Shown here: piece by piece, positions 29,485 to 54,417 of the stretch | How the letters are laid out: the number at the start of each line of letters is the position of its first letter | Numbering within the stretch: the first letter of the stretch is position 1 | Assembly (NCBI RefSeq): GCF_004010195.1 | Contig: NC_057735.1 | Span: 13,074,391-13,138,390 of the forward strand | Reading direction: 5' to 3' | DNA: 64,000 nt | Source: Chiloscyllium plagiosum | Lineage: Eukaryota | The notes under the pieces: model-generated | Databases searched by the model: none | Seen by the model: the letters and a program-made list of their open reading frames with translations, nothing else | What the model was told of the DNA's origin: nothing | Translations under genes and position numbers: made by a program

Positions 29485-29569
29485 CCTCTGACACTCCTGT
29501 TTATATCTGACAGCCAGGGCTCCCTCTGTGGACCAGATTAACAGCATGAATCAGGGAACTCATATTCCG

Positions 29570-32500
29570 AATCCTATCGGATCGAATGGATCGGTTGGAG
29601 AGACAGTTAGAGGCAATGAGAAATTTACAAGAGCAAGGGGGTGTGATGGATGGCAGTTATAGGAAGGGAGAAAAGTCACAGATACAGTCACATAGATGGG
29701 TTAACTCTTGGAAAGGTAAGAGAGATAGGCAGGTAGAGCAGAAGTCTTCTGTGGCTGTCCCCATTTCAAACAAGTATGCTGTTTTGGAACATGTATGGGA
29801 TGATGGATTCTCAGGTGAATATAGCATGAACAGCCAAGTATGTTGTATCAAGACTGGCTCTAATGCAATGGGGGATACGTCAGGTTCCAAGCGATCGATT
29901 GTGTTCGGGGACTCTCTAGTGCAAGGCACAGACAGACGCTTCTGTGCCCAAGAGTGAAAAATCAGAATGGTATGTTTCTTCCATTCTGCCAGGCTCAAAG
30001 ATGTCTCAGAGAGGATGCAGAATGCTCTCAAGGATGAGAGGGGCCAGCAGGAGGTCATTGTACACATTGGGGCCAACAACATAGGAAGAGAAAAGGTTGA
30101 GATTCTGAAGGGAGGTTACAGAGAGATGGCAGGAATTTAAAAAGGAGGTCCTCGAGAGTAGTAATATCTGGATTACTCCCAGTGCTATGAACTAGTGAGG
30201 CAGGAATAGGTAGAGCAGATGAATGCATGGCTGAGGAGCTGGTGTATGGGAGAAGGATCCATATTTTTGGATCATTGGAATCTCTTTTGCGGTAGAAATG
30301 ACCTGTACAAGGACAGATTGCACCTGAATTGGAAGGGGATGAATATAGTGGCAGGGAGATTTGCTCGAGCTGCTTGGAAAGATTTAAACTAGCAAGGTGG
30401 TGGGGAGGGGGGTGATGGTGTTGGTGGAGGGGTGGGACCCAGGGGGATAGAGATCAATATGAGAATGGTCCAGTTGAGAAAAGGAGTGAGTCAAACAGTC
30501 AGGGCAGGCAGGGAGAAAGCAAAGAACAAGGTAGGACTAATAAATTAAATTGCATTTATTTCAATGCAAAGGGCCTATCAGGGAAGGCAGATGAACTCAG
30601 GGCATGGTTAGGAACATGGGACTGGGATGTCATAGCACTTACAGAAACGTGGCTCAGGGATGGGCAGGACTGGCAGCTTAATGTTCCAGGATACAAATGC
30701 TACAGGAAGGACAGAAAGGGAGGCAAGAGAGGAGGGGGGAGTGGCATTTTGATAAGGGATAACATTACAGCTGTACTGAGGGAGGATATTCCCAGAAATA
30801 CATCCAGGAAAGTTATTTAGGTGGAACTAAGAAATAAGAAAGGGATGATCACCTTATTGAGATTGCATTATAGACCCCTTATTTGTCGGCGGGAAATTGA
30901 GAAACAAATTTGTAAGGAGATCTCAGTTATCCGTAAGAATAATAGGGTGGTTATGGTAGGGGATTTTAATTTTCCAAGCATTGACTGTGATTTCCATAGT
31001 GTTAAGGGTTTAGATGGAGAGGAATTTATTATGTATGTACAAGAACATTTTCTGATTCAGTACGTGGATGTACCTGACCTACTCTTGGGAAATAAGGCAG
31101 CAGGTGACTAAGGTGTCAGTGAGGGAGCATTTTGGGGCCAGCGACCATAATTCTGTTAGTTTTAAAATTGGGATGGAAAAAGATAAACCATCTGTAAGTT
31201 GAAGTTCTAAATTGGAGGAAGGCTAATTTTGAAGGAATTAGGCAAGAACTTTCAAAAGCTGATTGGGTGCAGATGTTGGCAGATAAAGGGATGACTGGAA
31301 AATGGGGAGCCATCAGAAATGAGATAACAAAGAGTCTAGAGACATTATATACCGTTAGGGTGGAAGGAAAGGTTGGCACGTGTAGGGAATGCTGGATGAC
31401 AATAGAAATTGAGGCTTTGGTTAAGAAAAAGAAGAAAGCATATGTCAGGTATAGACAGGATAGATCAAGTGAATCCTTAGAAGAGTATAAAGGCAATAGG
31501 AGTATACTTAAGATGGAAATCAAGATGGTAAAAAGGGGTCATGAGATAGCTTTGGCAAATAGAATTAAGGATAATCCCAAGGATTTTTACAAATACATTA
31601 AGGACAAAAGGGTATCTAGGGAGAGAATCGTTCCCCTCAATAAAGTAACAAAGAGGATTGATGAGGGCAGAGCGATAGACGTGATTTATATGGACTTCAG
31701 TAAAGCATTCAACAAGGTTCCCCATGAGAGACTGGTTAGCAAGGTTAGATCACATGGAATACATGGAGAACTAGCCATATGGATACAGAACTGGGTCAAA
31801 GGTAGAAGACAGAGAGTGGAGGGTTGTTTTTCAGACTGGAGGCCTGTGACCAGTTGAGTGCCACAGGGATCGGTGATGGATCCACTACTTTTCGTCATTT
31901 ATATAAATGATTTAGATGTGAGTATAAGAAGTATAGGTAGTAACTTTATAGAGGACACCAAAATTGGAGGTGTAGTGGACAGCGAAGAAGGTTACCTCAG
32001 AGTACAATGGGATCTTAATCACATGGGCAAATCAGATGGTTGCAGCAGGTTCTGCAACGCAGATGGGCCAGATGGGCTGAAGAGTGGCAGGTGGACTTTA
32101 ATTTAGATAAATGCAAGATGCTGCATTTTGGAAAAGCAAATCTTAGCAGGACTTATACACCTAATGTTAAGGTCCTGGGGAATGTTGTTGATCAAAGAGA
32201 CTTTGAAGTGCAGGTTTGTAGCACCTTGAAAGTGGAGTCGCAGGTAGATAGGATAGTGAAGAAGGCGTTTGGTATGCTTTCCTTTATTGCTCAAAGTATT
32301 GAATATAGGCATTGGGAGGTCATGTTGCGGCTGTACAGGACATTGGTTAGGCCACTGTTAGAATATTGTGTGCAATTCTGGTCTCTTTCTTATCGGAAAG
32401 ATGTTGTGAAACTTAAAAAGGTTCAGAAAAGATTCACAAGGATGTTGCCAGGGTTGGAGGATTTGAGCTATAGGGAGAGGTTGAATAGGCCAGAGCAGTT

Positions 32501-32912
32501 TTCCCTGGGACATCAGGGACTGAGGGGTGACCTTATAGAGGTTTATAAAATCATGAGGGACATGGGTAGGATAAATTGACAAAGTCTTTTCCCTGGGGTG
32601 GGGGAGTCCAGAACTGGAGGGCATAGGTTTAGGGTGAGTGGAGAAAGATATAAGACACCTAAGGAGCAACGTTTTCATGCAGAGGGTAGTACATATATGG
32701 AATGAGCTGCCAGAGGAAGTGGTGGAGGCTGCTACAATTGCAACATTTAAAAGGCATCTGGATGGGTATATGAATATAAACGGTTTGGAGGGATATGGGC
32801 CAGGTGCTGGCAGGTGGGAGTAGATTAGGATAGGATATTTGGTCAGCATGGACAATTGGGAACGAAGGGTCTGTTTCCGTGCACTACATCTCTATGACTC
32901 TTTGATTCTATG
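29570..32912 (+). mobile_element. CR1 LINE, near full length but degenerate (ORF1 esterase-like; ORF2 APE + RT)
   Basis: ORF1 with ISNKYAVL and IVFGDSLVQGTDRRFC; APE YFNA..., VMVGDFNFPSID; RT YMDFSKAFNKVPH, PQGSV; LEYCVQFWS; (tctatgac) tail. Stops, frameshifts and an internal deletion near 31635. Confidence 0.92.
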
Positions 32913-33574
32913 AGGTCCAGCTCGCTGACCTTATTACATCTACTACATCAGCCAGGCCACAAGTTATTTACAGTTAAGTAGGATGGTGGCAGCATAGTGA
33001 GCTGGTGTTGCTGATACAACAAGCCTCACTCTATCTCCAGAAGCTGTTGCCAAGAAGTTTTAACTAAAAGACACTTGGTGTCAACATGTCTCGCAAAGAC
33101 ATCAAATCCAGATTCTCTGGAAGTTGCAGAACCTTGTTTAACCCATAAGTGAACACTACACATTCCACTTTCAACCTTTGAGTTGAGAAACAAAATAGTT
33201 CAAACTCTGCAAAACAGTTGTGTCCACACTGCAGTTTTCCCCAGTTCATATTCCAAATAAAATATTTGTAATCTTTACAATTATAATTTACAAAATCCTC
33301 TTCATTGCATCATCATCTCATCATGTCATGTGTTCAAGCTGCCAGCATAATACAATGGTCTGACTTAGAAGCTGTCACTAATCCTTCCTAAGTGTATTCG
33401 GCTAAATTGTCTGTGCCAAGTAATGAGAAGAGCCACAGTCAGTCTTCAGCAGAAGGTGAACATAAAGGTTTCTGACATACTACTTATCAGCTACCTAGAT
33501 AGATTATTGCTTTTTATGAGGCTTCCAGGAGGCTGGAAGAACACAGCAAGCCAGGCAACATCAGGAGGTGGAGA

Positions 33575-33609
33575 AGTCAACGTTTCGGGTGTAACCCTTC
33601 TTCAGGACT
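33575..33609 (-). ncRNA. Minimal type I hammerhead ribozyme motif in a Penelope-like fragment
   Basis: Minus strand agtc-CTGAAGA-a-GGGT-tac-ACCC-GAAA-CG-TT-gact: 4-bp stem I, 4-bp stem II, GUU cleavage triplet. Confidence 0.7.
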
Positions 33610-34287
33610 GGGGATGGGTGTAGGGGGAGTGCATGTCTGAGGGAGGCAGAGAACTTCTTCAAAGTGGGCATCCTTTGAAGAGATTTCTCAGTGGTACAAA
33701 CTTGGTGAGACATCAAGCTCAACCTGAAAATAAGTATACATGACCGCTAGTTACATGGATTTAGCATTAAATCAACTAAATGTACCAGACAGCCAACACT
33801 CTGAGCACTTGTTATTTCCTCCCATGAAGAGTCTTCTATCTCTTGATGGGCGGAGTTTATCTGTGATGTTGGTTAACTCTTTCAGGTATTAACTACACCA
33901 TGCAACAATAAAGATTACAATCAGGATGTTTGTACTGGGTGTCGACTGGGGCAGACAAAGTCAGAAATCACATGACACCATGTTGTAGACCAGATGAAAG
34001 ACCAGCACTCCAAAAGCTTGAGCTTTCAAATAAACCTATTAGAACAGTATTCTGAAATGGGCTAGAGACCCTAGGTTGGTAATTTTAGGGAGAACAGTGC
34101 ATGATGGAATAAGATTCATTAGCTTGATGCCAAGGAGTTCATAATTAAGACTCAGCTTTATATTGGTCAAAGATTTCTTTCTGCATTCTGTTCCTCACCT
34201 ATGTTGCTGTTTATGGCCTCAATGACTACTTGTCATGCTCTCTTTGGCACACTCTACAGTACATCCCTTCCATTGTAAAGTATAATA

Positions 34288-34525
34288 TCTGAAACAAAAA
34301 CAGAAATTGCTGGAGAAACTCAGCAGGTCTTGCAGCATCTGTGGGAAGAAAGCAGAGTTAATATTTCGAGTCCAGTGACTCTTCATCAATTCTAATTCTG
34401 TTGTGATAAAAGGTCACCAGACTCGAAACATAAACTCTGCCTTCTTCCCACAGATGCTGCTGAGTTTCTCTGGCAATTTCTGTTTTTGTTTCAGATTGCC
34501 AGACCCTGCAGTTCTTTGTTTTATT
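34288..34525. repeat. Short inverted-repeat Penelope-derived element
   Basis: aaacagaaattgctggagaaactcagcag ... ctgctgagtttctctggcaatttctgttt inverted arms with degenerate hammerhead cores. Confidence 0.65.
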
Positions 34526-35585
34526 TACATGAATAATGTTGCTCCTACGTCCTGCAGAAGCTGCTCAATTGCCTCAGCACAAGAGCAGTGCATTCTCTTG
34601 CTTGACACCTTTATAACTTACCAAGGATCTGTTTAATTCAGTCTGTAAGTGCGCTTCTTTGGACAAATTGCCAGATATAAACATTAATAAAAATAAACAA
34701 AAAATAATTCTGCTTCTATAGTGCTCTTTTGAGCAATATATTACGTTTTACATTGACTAATGCCCTTTTATAGCCATTACTATAATACAAATTTCAAAAC
34801 TGCACTTTTAGATGTAGACACACAAAATGGGGCAGCATATCACATAACTGTGGAAAATTCAGCTCCAGACAGCACTGAAAATAAAGTAAATTCTTAATTA
34901 TGGACATCCACAGCTACATGGGAATTAACACATCCCTTTGTTTCAGGATGGATCGTCTGTAAAATAAATACAGCATTTCAATCATCTTATTTGTCTGCTT
35001 CCTGTGGACAACGGAAACATCATAAAACGATTCAGTATTAGATGGATATGAAAGAATGGCAATGAGATTTGTTAGCTGTTTTTAGGAAAATAATAGCAAA
35101 AGCTGCTCTGAGAAAGAAAAATCATGGCCAATACCTTCAGGAATGCCATCTATAAATAATAGTCAACCAGCTAGAAGGACTCATGCGCTAACTCATTCTT
35201 ATTTCAAGTTCACCTGGGAGCTGACTTCTTGGCAATTCTGTTACTTGAAACTTCACAATGTACCGAAATATTTCTGCTTTTACACACAAGTGTATGAATG
35301 TATCTAAGGAGCACAGGCCTATTACAAAATAAATTGTGATAATTTCACATGTAGGTCAACAAAACATCCTTTTGTTTAGCTATATTTAATTTTTTTCTGT
35401 ATGATAGTACACATGACATGCTGCATTCTACCGCTGGACGAGGTGTGTGATAATAAATAAGTGCGCTTATTTTTAAATTCACAAAAGCGTTCTGCTGGGA
35501 ACATCTATAATGTGGCAAGGGATTGTAATTGTATGGCAGAAACCTGGAAACCAACTGAATGGGTCAGAATCTCTGACCTAAACTC

Positions 35586-38115
35586 AGTCATAGAGTCATA
35601 GAGATGTACAGCATAGAAACAGACCCTTCGATCCAACCTGTCCATGCTGACCAGATAACCCAACCCAATCGAGTCCCACCTGCCAGCACCCTGCCCATAT
35701 CCCTTCAAACTCTCCCTATTCATACACCCATCCAGATGCCTTTTAAATATTGCAATTGTACCAGCCTCCACCACTTCCTCTGGCAGCTTATTCCATACTC
35801 GTACCACCCCCTGCGTGAAAACGTTGCCCCTTAGGTCTCTTTTATATCTTTCCCCTCTCACCTAAACCCTATGCCCTCTAGTTCTGGACTCCCTGTCCCC
35901 AGGGAAAGGACTTGGCTTATTTATCCTATCCATGCCCCTCATAATTTTGTAAACCTCTATAAGGTCACCCCTCAGTCTCCGGCACTCCAGGGAAAACAGC
36001 CCCAGCCTGTTCAGTCTCTCCCCATAGCTCAAATCCTCCAACCCAGGCAACATCCTTGTAAATCTTTTCTGAATCCTTTCAAGTTTCACAACATCTTTCC
36101 GATAGGAAGGAGACCAGAATTGCATGCAATATTCCAACAGTGGCCTAACCAATGTCCTGTACAGCCGCAACATGACCTCCCAACTCCTGTACTCAATACT
36201 CTGGCCAATAAAAGAAAGCATACCAAACACCTTCTTCACTATCCATTCTACCTGCGACTCCACTTTTAAGGAGCTATGAACCTGCACTCCAAGGTCTCTT
36301 TGTTCAGCAACACTCCCTATTAAGTGCATAAATCCTGCTACGAATTGCTTTCCCAAAATGCAGGTCATCCCATTTATCTGAATTAAACTCCATCTGCCAC
36401 TTCTCAGCCCATTGGCCCATCTGGTCAAGATCCTGTTGTAATCTGAGGTAACCCTCTTCGCTGTCCATTACACCTCCAATTTTGGTGTCATCTGCAAACT
36501 TACTAACTGTACCTCTTATGCTCGCATCCAAATCATTTATGTGAATGTCAAAAAATAGAGGACCCAGCACCGATCCTTGTAGCACTCCACTGGTCACAGG
36601 CCTCCAGTCTGAAAAATAAACCACCACCACCACCATCTATCTTCTACCTTTTAGCCAGTTCTGTACCCAAACAGCTAGTTGTCCCTGTATTCCATGAGAT
36701 CTAACCTTGCTAATCAGTTTCCCATGGGGAACCTTGTCGAACGTCTTACTGATGTCCATATAGATCACATCTACTGCTCTGTACTCATCAATCCTCTTTG
36801 TTACTTCTTCAAAAAACTCAATCAAGTTTGTGAGACATGATTTCCCACACACAAAGCCATGTTGACTATCCCTAATCAATCCTTGCCTTTCCAAATACAT
36901 GGACATCCTGTCCCTCAGGAATCCCTCCAACAACTTGCCCACCACTGAGGTCAGGCTCACCGGTCTGATAGTTCCCTGGCTTGTCCTTACCACCCTCCTT
37001 AAACAGTGGCACCACGTTAGCCAACCTCCAGTCTTCCGGCACCTCACCTGTGACTATCGATGATACAAATATCTCAGCAAGAGGCCCAGCAATCACTTCT
37101 CTAGCTTCCCACAGAGTTCTAGGGTACACNNNNNNNNNNNNNNNNNNNNNNNNNNNNNNNNNNNNNNNNNNNNNNNNNNNNNNNNNNNNNNNNNNNNNNN
37201 NNNNNNNNNNNNNNNNNNNNNNNNNNNNNNNNNNNNNNNNNNNNNNNNNNNNNNNNNNNNNNNNNNNNNNNNNNNNNNNNNNNNNNNNNNNNNNNNNNNN
37301 NNNNNNNNNNNNNNNNNNNNNNNNNNNNNNNNNNNNNNNNNNNNNNNNNNNNNNNNNNNNNNNNNNNNNNNNNNNNNNNNNNNNNNNNNNNNNNNNNNNN
37401 NNNNNNNNNNNNNNNNNNNNNNNNNNNNNNNNNNNNNNNNNNNNNNNNNNNNNNNNNNNNNNNNNNNNNNNNNNNNNNNNNNNNNNNNNNNNNNNNNNNN
37501 NNNNNNNNNNNNNNNNNNNNNNNNNNNNNNNNNNNNNNNNNNNNNNNNNNNNNNNNNNNNNNNNNNNNNNNNNNNNNNNNNNNNNNNNNNNNNNNNNNNN
37601 NNNNNNNNNNNNNNNNNNNNNNNNNNNNNNNNNNNNNNNNNNNNNNNNNNNNNNNNNNNNNNNNNNNNNNNNNNNNNNNNNNNNNNNNNNNNNNNNNNNN
37701 NNNNNNNNNNNNNNNNNNNNNNNNNNNNNNNNNNNNNNNNNNNNNNNNNNNNNNNNNNNNNNNNNNNNNNNNNNAGTCCCAGTCTATGTTTGGAAAGTTA
37801 AAATCCCCTCCCATAACCACCCTATTATTCTTACAGATAACTGAGATCTCCTTACAAGTTTGTTTCTCAATTTCCCTCTGACTGTTAGGGGGTCTATAAT
37901 ACATTCCCAATAAGGTTATCATCCCTTTCTTATTTCTCAGTTCCACCCAAATAACTTCTGTGGATGTATTTCCAGGAATATCCTCTCTCAGTACAGCTGT
38001 AATGCTATCCCTTATCAAAATTGCCACTCCCCCTCCTCTCTTGCCTCCCTTTCTATCCTTCCTGTAGCATTTGTATCCAGGAGCATTAAGCTGCCAGTCC
38101 TGCCCATCCCTGACC
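35586..38115 (-). mobile_element. CR1 LINE ORF2 (APE + RT), spans assembly gap
   Basis: VMGGDFNFPNIDW, RPVSLTSVVGKLLE, SQHGFV, QGSVLGP, KFADDTK; catagagt tail at left end. Confidence 0.92.
37130..37774. other. Assembly gap (645 N) inside a CR1
   Basis: Run of N. Confidence 1.
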
Positions 38116-38469
38116 TACCTAATTCATTTTCATCTCTAAATTTTACAACTCCATATAAAGCCGTTAGGCATGATCTCTGCAATATTTGAATAGAAATTCA
38201 CAAATGGAAGTTAAGAGGAATTAGAATCTCTCTGTAGAATAATATCAGGATTATTCCACGTGTCAAGTCTTGGTTAACATCTTTCATTATGTTTTGCATA
38301 AGCTCCCTCACACCCATTCCATTTTCAGCAGCAATACCATTTCATTTTCTGTGTACTCTCCGTTTATCAATCTACCACTGGGGTATAATGCGTATCCATT
38401 AGGTCATGTGTGTTAATGGTCAACTTTACCAGATGCATCCTGGGATTAATAACTCATCATCATTCACTC

Positions 38470-40540
38470 AAAGTGGAGCTTATTCAAGGGAATGCTCCTG
38501 AGTGTCCTAAAAAAGTATGTACCTGTCAGGCAGGGAGGAAACTGTAGAGCGCGGGAGCCGTGGTTTACAAAGGAAGTGGAATCGCTGGTCAAGAGGAAGA
38601 AGAAGGCTTATGTTAGGAAGAGATGTGAAAGCTCAGTTAGGGCACTTGAGGATTACAAGGTAGCCAGGAAAGACCTAAAGAGAGAGCTCAGCAGAGCCAG
38701 GAGGAGACATGAGAATTTGTTGGCGGATAGGATCAGGGTAAATCCTAAGGCTTTCTATAGGTATATAAGGACTAAAAGAATGACAAGAGTAAGATTAGAG
38801 CCAATCAAGGATAGTAATAGGAAGTTGTGTGTGGAGTCAGAGGAGATAAGGGAAGCACTAAATGAAAATTTTTCTACAGTATTCACTCTAGAAAACGACA
38901 ATGTTGTCAAGGAGAATACTGAGATACAGGCTATTAGACTGGGTGTGATTGAGGTTCACAAGGAAGAGGTATTAGAAATCCTGCAGAGTGTGAAAATTAA
39001 TAAGTCCCCTGGGCCAGATGGGATTTATCCTAGGATCCTCTGGGAAGCCAGGGTGGAGATTGTCGAGCCTTTGACATTGATTTTTAAATCGTCATTGTCT
39101 ACAGGAATAGTGCCAGAAGACTGGAGGATAGCAAATGTGATTCCCCTGTTCAAGAAGGGAAGTAGAGATAACCCTTATAATTATAGACCAGTGAGGCTTA
39201 CTTCAGTTGTTGGTAAAGTGTTGGAAAAGGCTATAAGAGATAGGATTTATAATCATCTAGAAAAGAATAATTTGACTGGAGATAGTCAGCACGGTTTTGT
39301 GAAGGGTAGGTCGTGCCTCACAAACCTTATTTAGTTCTTTGAGAAGGTGACCAAACAGGTAGATGAGAGTAAACCGGTTGATGTGGTGTATATGGATTTC
39401 AGCAAAGCGTTCGATAAGGTTCCCTACAGTAGGCTATTGGACAAAATGCGGAGGAATGGGATTGTGGGAGATACAGCAGTTTGGATCAGTAATTGGCTTG
39501 CTGAAAGAAGACAGAGGGTGGTGGTTGATGGGAAATGTTCATCCTGGAGTCCAGTTACCAGTGGTGTACTGCAAGGGTCGGTGTTGTGTCCACTGCTGTT
39601 CATCATTTTTATAAATGACCTGGATGAGGGCATAGAAGGGTGGATTAGTAAATTCGCAGATGACACTAAGGTCGGTCGAGTTGTGGATAGTGACGAAGAA
39701 TGTTGTAAGTCACAGACAGACATAGATAAGCTGTAGAGCTGGGTTGAGAGGTGGCAAATGGAGTTTAATGTGGACAAGTGTGAGGTGATTCACTTTGGTC
39801 GGAGTAACCGGAATGCAAAGTACTGGGCTAATGGTAAGATTTTTGGTAGTGTCGATGAGCAGAGAGATCTCGGTGTCCAGGTACACAGATCCTTGAAAGT
39901 TGCCACTCAGGTTGACAGAGTTGTTATGAAGGCAGACAGTGTTTTAGCTTTTATAATAGAGGGATCGAGTTCCGGAACCATGAGGTTATGATTTAGTTGT
40001 ACAAAACTCTGGTGCGGCTGCACTTGGAGTATTGTGTACAATTCTGGTCACCACATTATAAGAAGAATGTAGAAGCTTTGGAAAGGGTACAGAGGAGATT
40101 TACCAGGATGTTGCCTGGTATGGAGGGGAGGTCTTACGAGGAAAGGCTGAGGGACTTGAGGCTGTTTTCGTTGGAGAGAAGAAGGTTGCGAGGTGACTTA
40201 ATAGAGACATATAAGATAATCAGAGGGTTAGATAGGGTGGACAGGGAGAGCCTTTTTCCAAGTATGTTGACGGCGAGCACGAGGGGGCATAGCTTTAAAT
40301 TGAGGGGTGATAAATATAGGACAGGTGTCAGAGGTAATTTCTTTACTCAGAGAGTATTAAGAGTATGGAATGCTTTGCCTGCAATGGTAGTAGATTCGCC
40401 AACTTTAAGTGCATTTAAGTCATCATTGGACAAACATATGGACGTAGGTTAGATGGGCTTCAGATCGGTATGACTGGTTGGCACAACATTGAGGGCCGAA
40501 GGGCCTGTACTGCGCTGTAATGTTCTATGTTCTATGTTCA
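38470..40540 (+). mobile_element. CR1 LINE, 5'-truncated, different subfamily
   Basis: KSPGPDGIYPRIL, NYRPVRLTS, YMDFSKAFDKVP, KFADDTK; (tgttcta) tail. Confidence 0.92.
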
Positions 40541-41044
40541 AAGGGCTTTTTTTTGTAGACTGAAAGCTGAAGACGTGAGGAGAATGGGGGTGGCAGGACT
40601 AATGGGGGACCCTGGTGATAAATGGAGCGTCTACAGCCCATTTTGTCAAGATACAAAGATGGAGAGGTCACAGATAATTGGTGACAGAATTATAAATATC
40701 TCTGACGTACATACAACTTTGTCTCATCAATGATAAACTGCAAAAAGATTGGTTGACAACAGTATGACCCAGGTTTGTGACCAGTGATGACGAGAGATGG
40801 CACCAAAGAACACTGCCCACCTTGATCTTGTGACCCTGTGGAATTAGCTTTCCCCATTACAGTATCAGTTTCATTGGGTGCCAACTTAAGAGAATTACAG
40901 AATCCAGGAGAAGTGAAATTAACAAGCAGACTGAGTACTAAAGAATTCCCACCAACAGGAAACCAGGAAGCGAAGAATCGTCCTTCAGTTTTTAATCATT
41001 TTATTGGGAGTGAAATAAACATTGGGATATTCACCCAAGATTAA

Positions 41045-41906
41045 TGTCAAAGTTGAAATATTACAAAGGAAGTGTAAAAATAATTAAAAACCCATGTGTT
41101 TTTTTCACAGATTGGAAGGAAAATTCCAAGTCTTTGCCACTGCAGTCTAGTTGTTGAAAGTGTTCCTGCACTGCTGTTAGCAAGTGACTTTAATATTTTG
41201 ATTTGACAATAAGAAGGAATGGCAGCATGTGTCAATGTGAATTTGCTGTGACTTGGATGGTCTTTTTGCAGATCATTGTATTCTCTTTCATCTGCTATCC
41301 CTGTTACTCTCGTGGGTGGAAGTTGCCAGTTTGAAAGGAACTAAACAACTTGAAGAAGCCTTGGTGAATTGCTGCAATTATAATGCCTCACTGGTATAGT
41401 GACTGAGATGATCCCTTTGCTTGCTGCTCCTCAGCTCTCCTCTCCAACTGCTTTTATTACTTTCAGGAGCCACACAGCGACTGGTTCATAGCTTATACAT
41501 TCTCTAACTTAATGGTTAAAAGCAACAACTTACAACAACTGGTGAGGGAAAATAAACTGACTTCCCTCAGGCCCTAGGTGTTTTTTAACTGCAGAGTGAA
41601 AGACACCACCTTCTTTTCTGGAGGTGCGACAGCTTTTGGCTGTCACGCTCCAACATTGTATGATTGGCTTCCAGGTACCTGAACAGTTGTTGGCAGGCAG
41701 AAGGACTTTGTCATCAACAACTGGTTACTATTCCACAGACTGATCAGCTACTTGCTGCCAGCCAAATCTCATTTCGTACACACTCTCCAGCTCCAGTTCA
41801 TCTGCAACTGAACCTCCTCCACAGGTTGAACAAACAACAGTGTAAATAACACTTTCATTGAGTGTCGATTGCTTGCTTTTAAAAAGTACAGCAATCCCCT
41901 TCTACA
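41045..41906 (-). mobile_element. Solo-LTR-like element, same family as 26829
   Basis: Reverse complement starts TGTAGAAGGGGATTGCTGTACTTTTTAAAAGCAA and shares agtagctgat...accagttgtt; left boundary uncertain. Confidence 0.5.
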
Positions 41907-42711
41907 GTCATTAGTTCTTTAAGGCAATCCTTCTTCCATTTTAGTTCACACTCACAAATACAGAAAAAACAAGACATGGTCTTAATAAGAGCAACTTGTA
42001 CAAAGCACACAACATAGCCATGGTGCCCTGGTGGTAAAGCATGTGGCTGCAATGGCATTTGGCTCATCTATTTATTACATCCACACTTTCCAAAATTTAT
42101 AAATTATTTCTCTTAAAGAGGAACTATAGTAATAAAACACTCTAACTTGAATAATTTTGGCCCATGTATAACATAAAAGAGGATCTGAAACTATCTATAA
42201 CCCAATTCAATGTCTGAATCACCAAATTTTAAACAGCTACTTATTGGAGCTTGCAATGTCCTTGTTCATATTTTCTTGTTCATGTTTTCTTGTTGGCACC
42301 AACATAATAAGAAGTTTGGGCCAAATGGCTATTCCTTTGGTGCCTGTCAAAACAGTCAACTGACCATTTGTAAATAACCTCAATGTCATCCAGATATTAA
42401 TGAATTGCTTATCAGCCTCTGAGGCCATATGCTCAAATGGAAACACCCCAAGTAATATCCCAAATCGTATTCCAAGGGTTTGTAAACAGAGTTTTGATTT
42501 CTTTATCACTTGTAACTGCATTAATAATTATCACTGGCATTTAATAATGAGATAAATTGTTATTTTGAAGTTTGGTGTTATTTTAATCCGAAGCCATATC
42601 TGTTTTTCCAACAAGGTCATCATGTTTGATATCGACCAATTATGGAAAAGTTCATAATGGCCTGATCTATTATCCAATTCTACAGACAATGGAAAGGATT
42701 GACTGCAGCAC

Positions 42712-42718
42712 TATAAAA
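42712..42718 (+). promoter_or_regulatory. TATA box of the pepsinogen A-like gene
   Basis: TATAAAA ~80 nt upstream of the ATG; AGATAA (GATA motif) at 42550-42555. Confidence 0.7.
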
Positions 42719-42797
42719 GCAGCAACAATTAGAATCCATTCGCAGGCCCACCTGACATTTTCCTTTCAGTGTCATTCGTCTACAACAAGGGACAAAG

Positions 42798-54162
<11,365 letters not shown>

Positions 54163-54411
54163 TGTCTTCCTTCATGACGTTGTTTAATTTGCTTTCCCTA
54201 ACTCTCCCCAAATCACATTTACAAATTTTTCTGACATTACTCACAATTCCCAACTGTAACAGCCAACATATTGGTGGCAGGAATAATTCAAAATATTATC
54301 ACTAATCATTTCCACCGTTATTTTAACTAAGTAATCAGGCTGCCTGTTTAATGCTGAATTTAGAGCCATACTTTATGGATTTTTGGAAAGTATTGATGAC
54401 GAATTCAAAAC

Positions 54412-54417
54412 AATAAA
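54412..54417 (+). terminator. polyadenylation signal of the pepsinogen A-like gene
   Basis: First AATAAA ~250 nt after the stop, followed by T-rich sequence. Confidence 0.65.

Noticed and set aside
34600-34625. Minus-strand TATAAAG as promoter for pseudogene B
   Set aside because: No MKW signal-peptide exon follows
34890-34960. Minus-strand ttttacag|RSILKQRDVLIPM* resembling prosegment RDILEERGLL (candidate lost exon 2)
   Set aside because: Only ~10 loosely similar residues, acceptor in the wrong position, early stop, no KY or EPL motif
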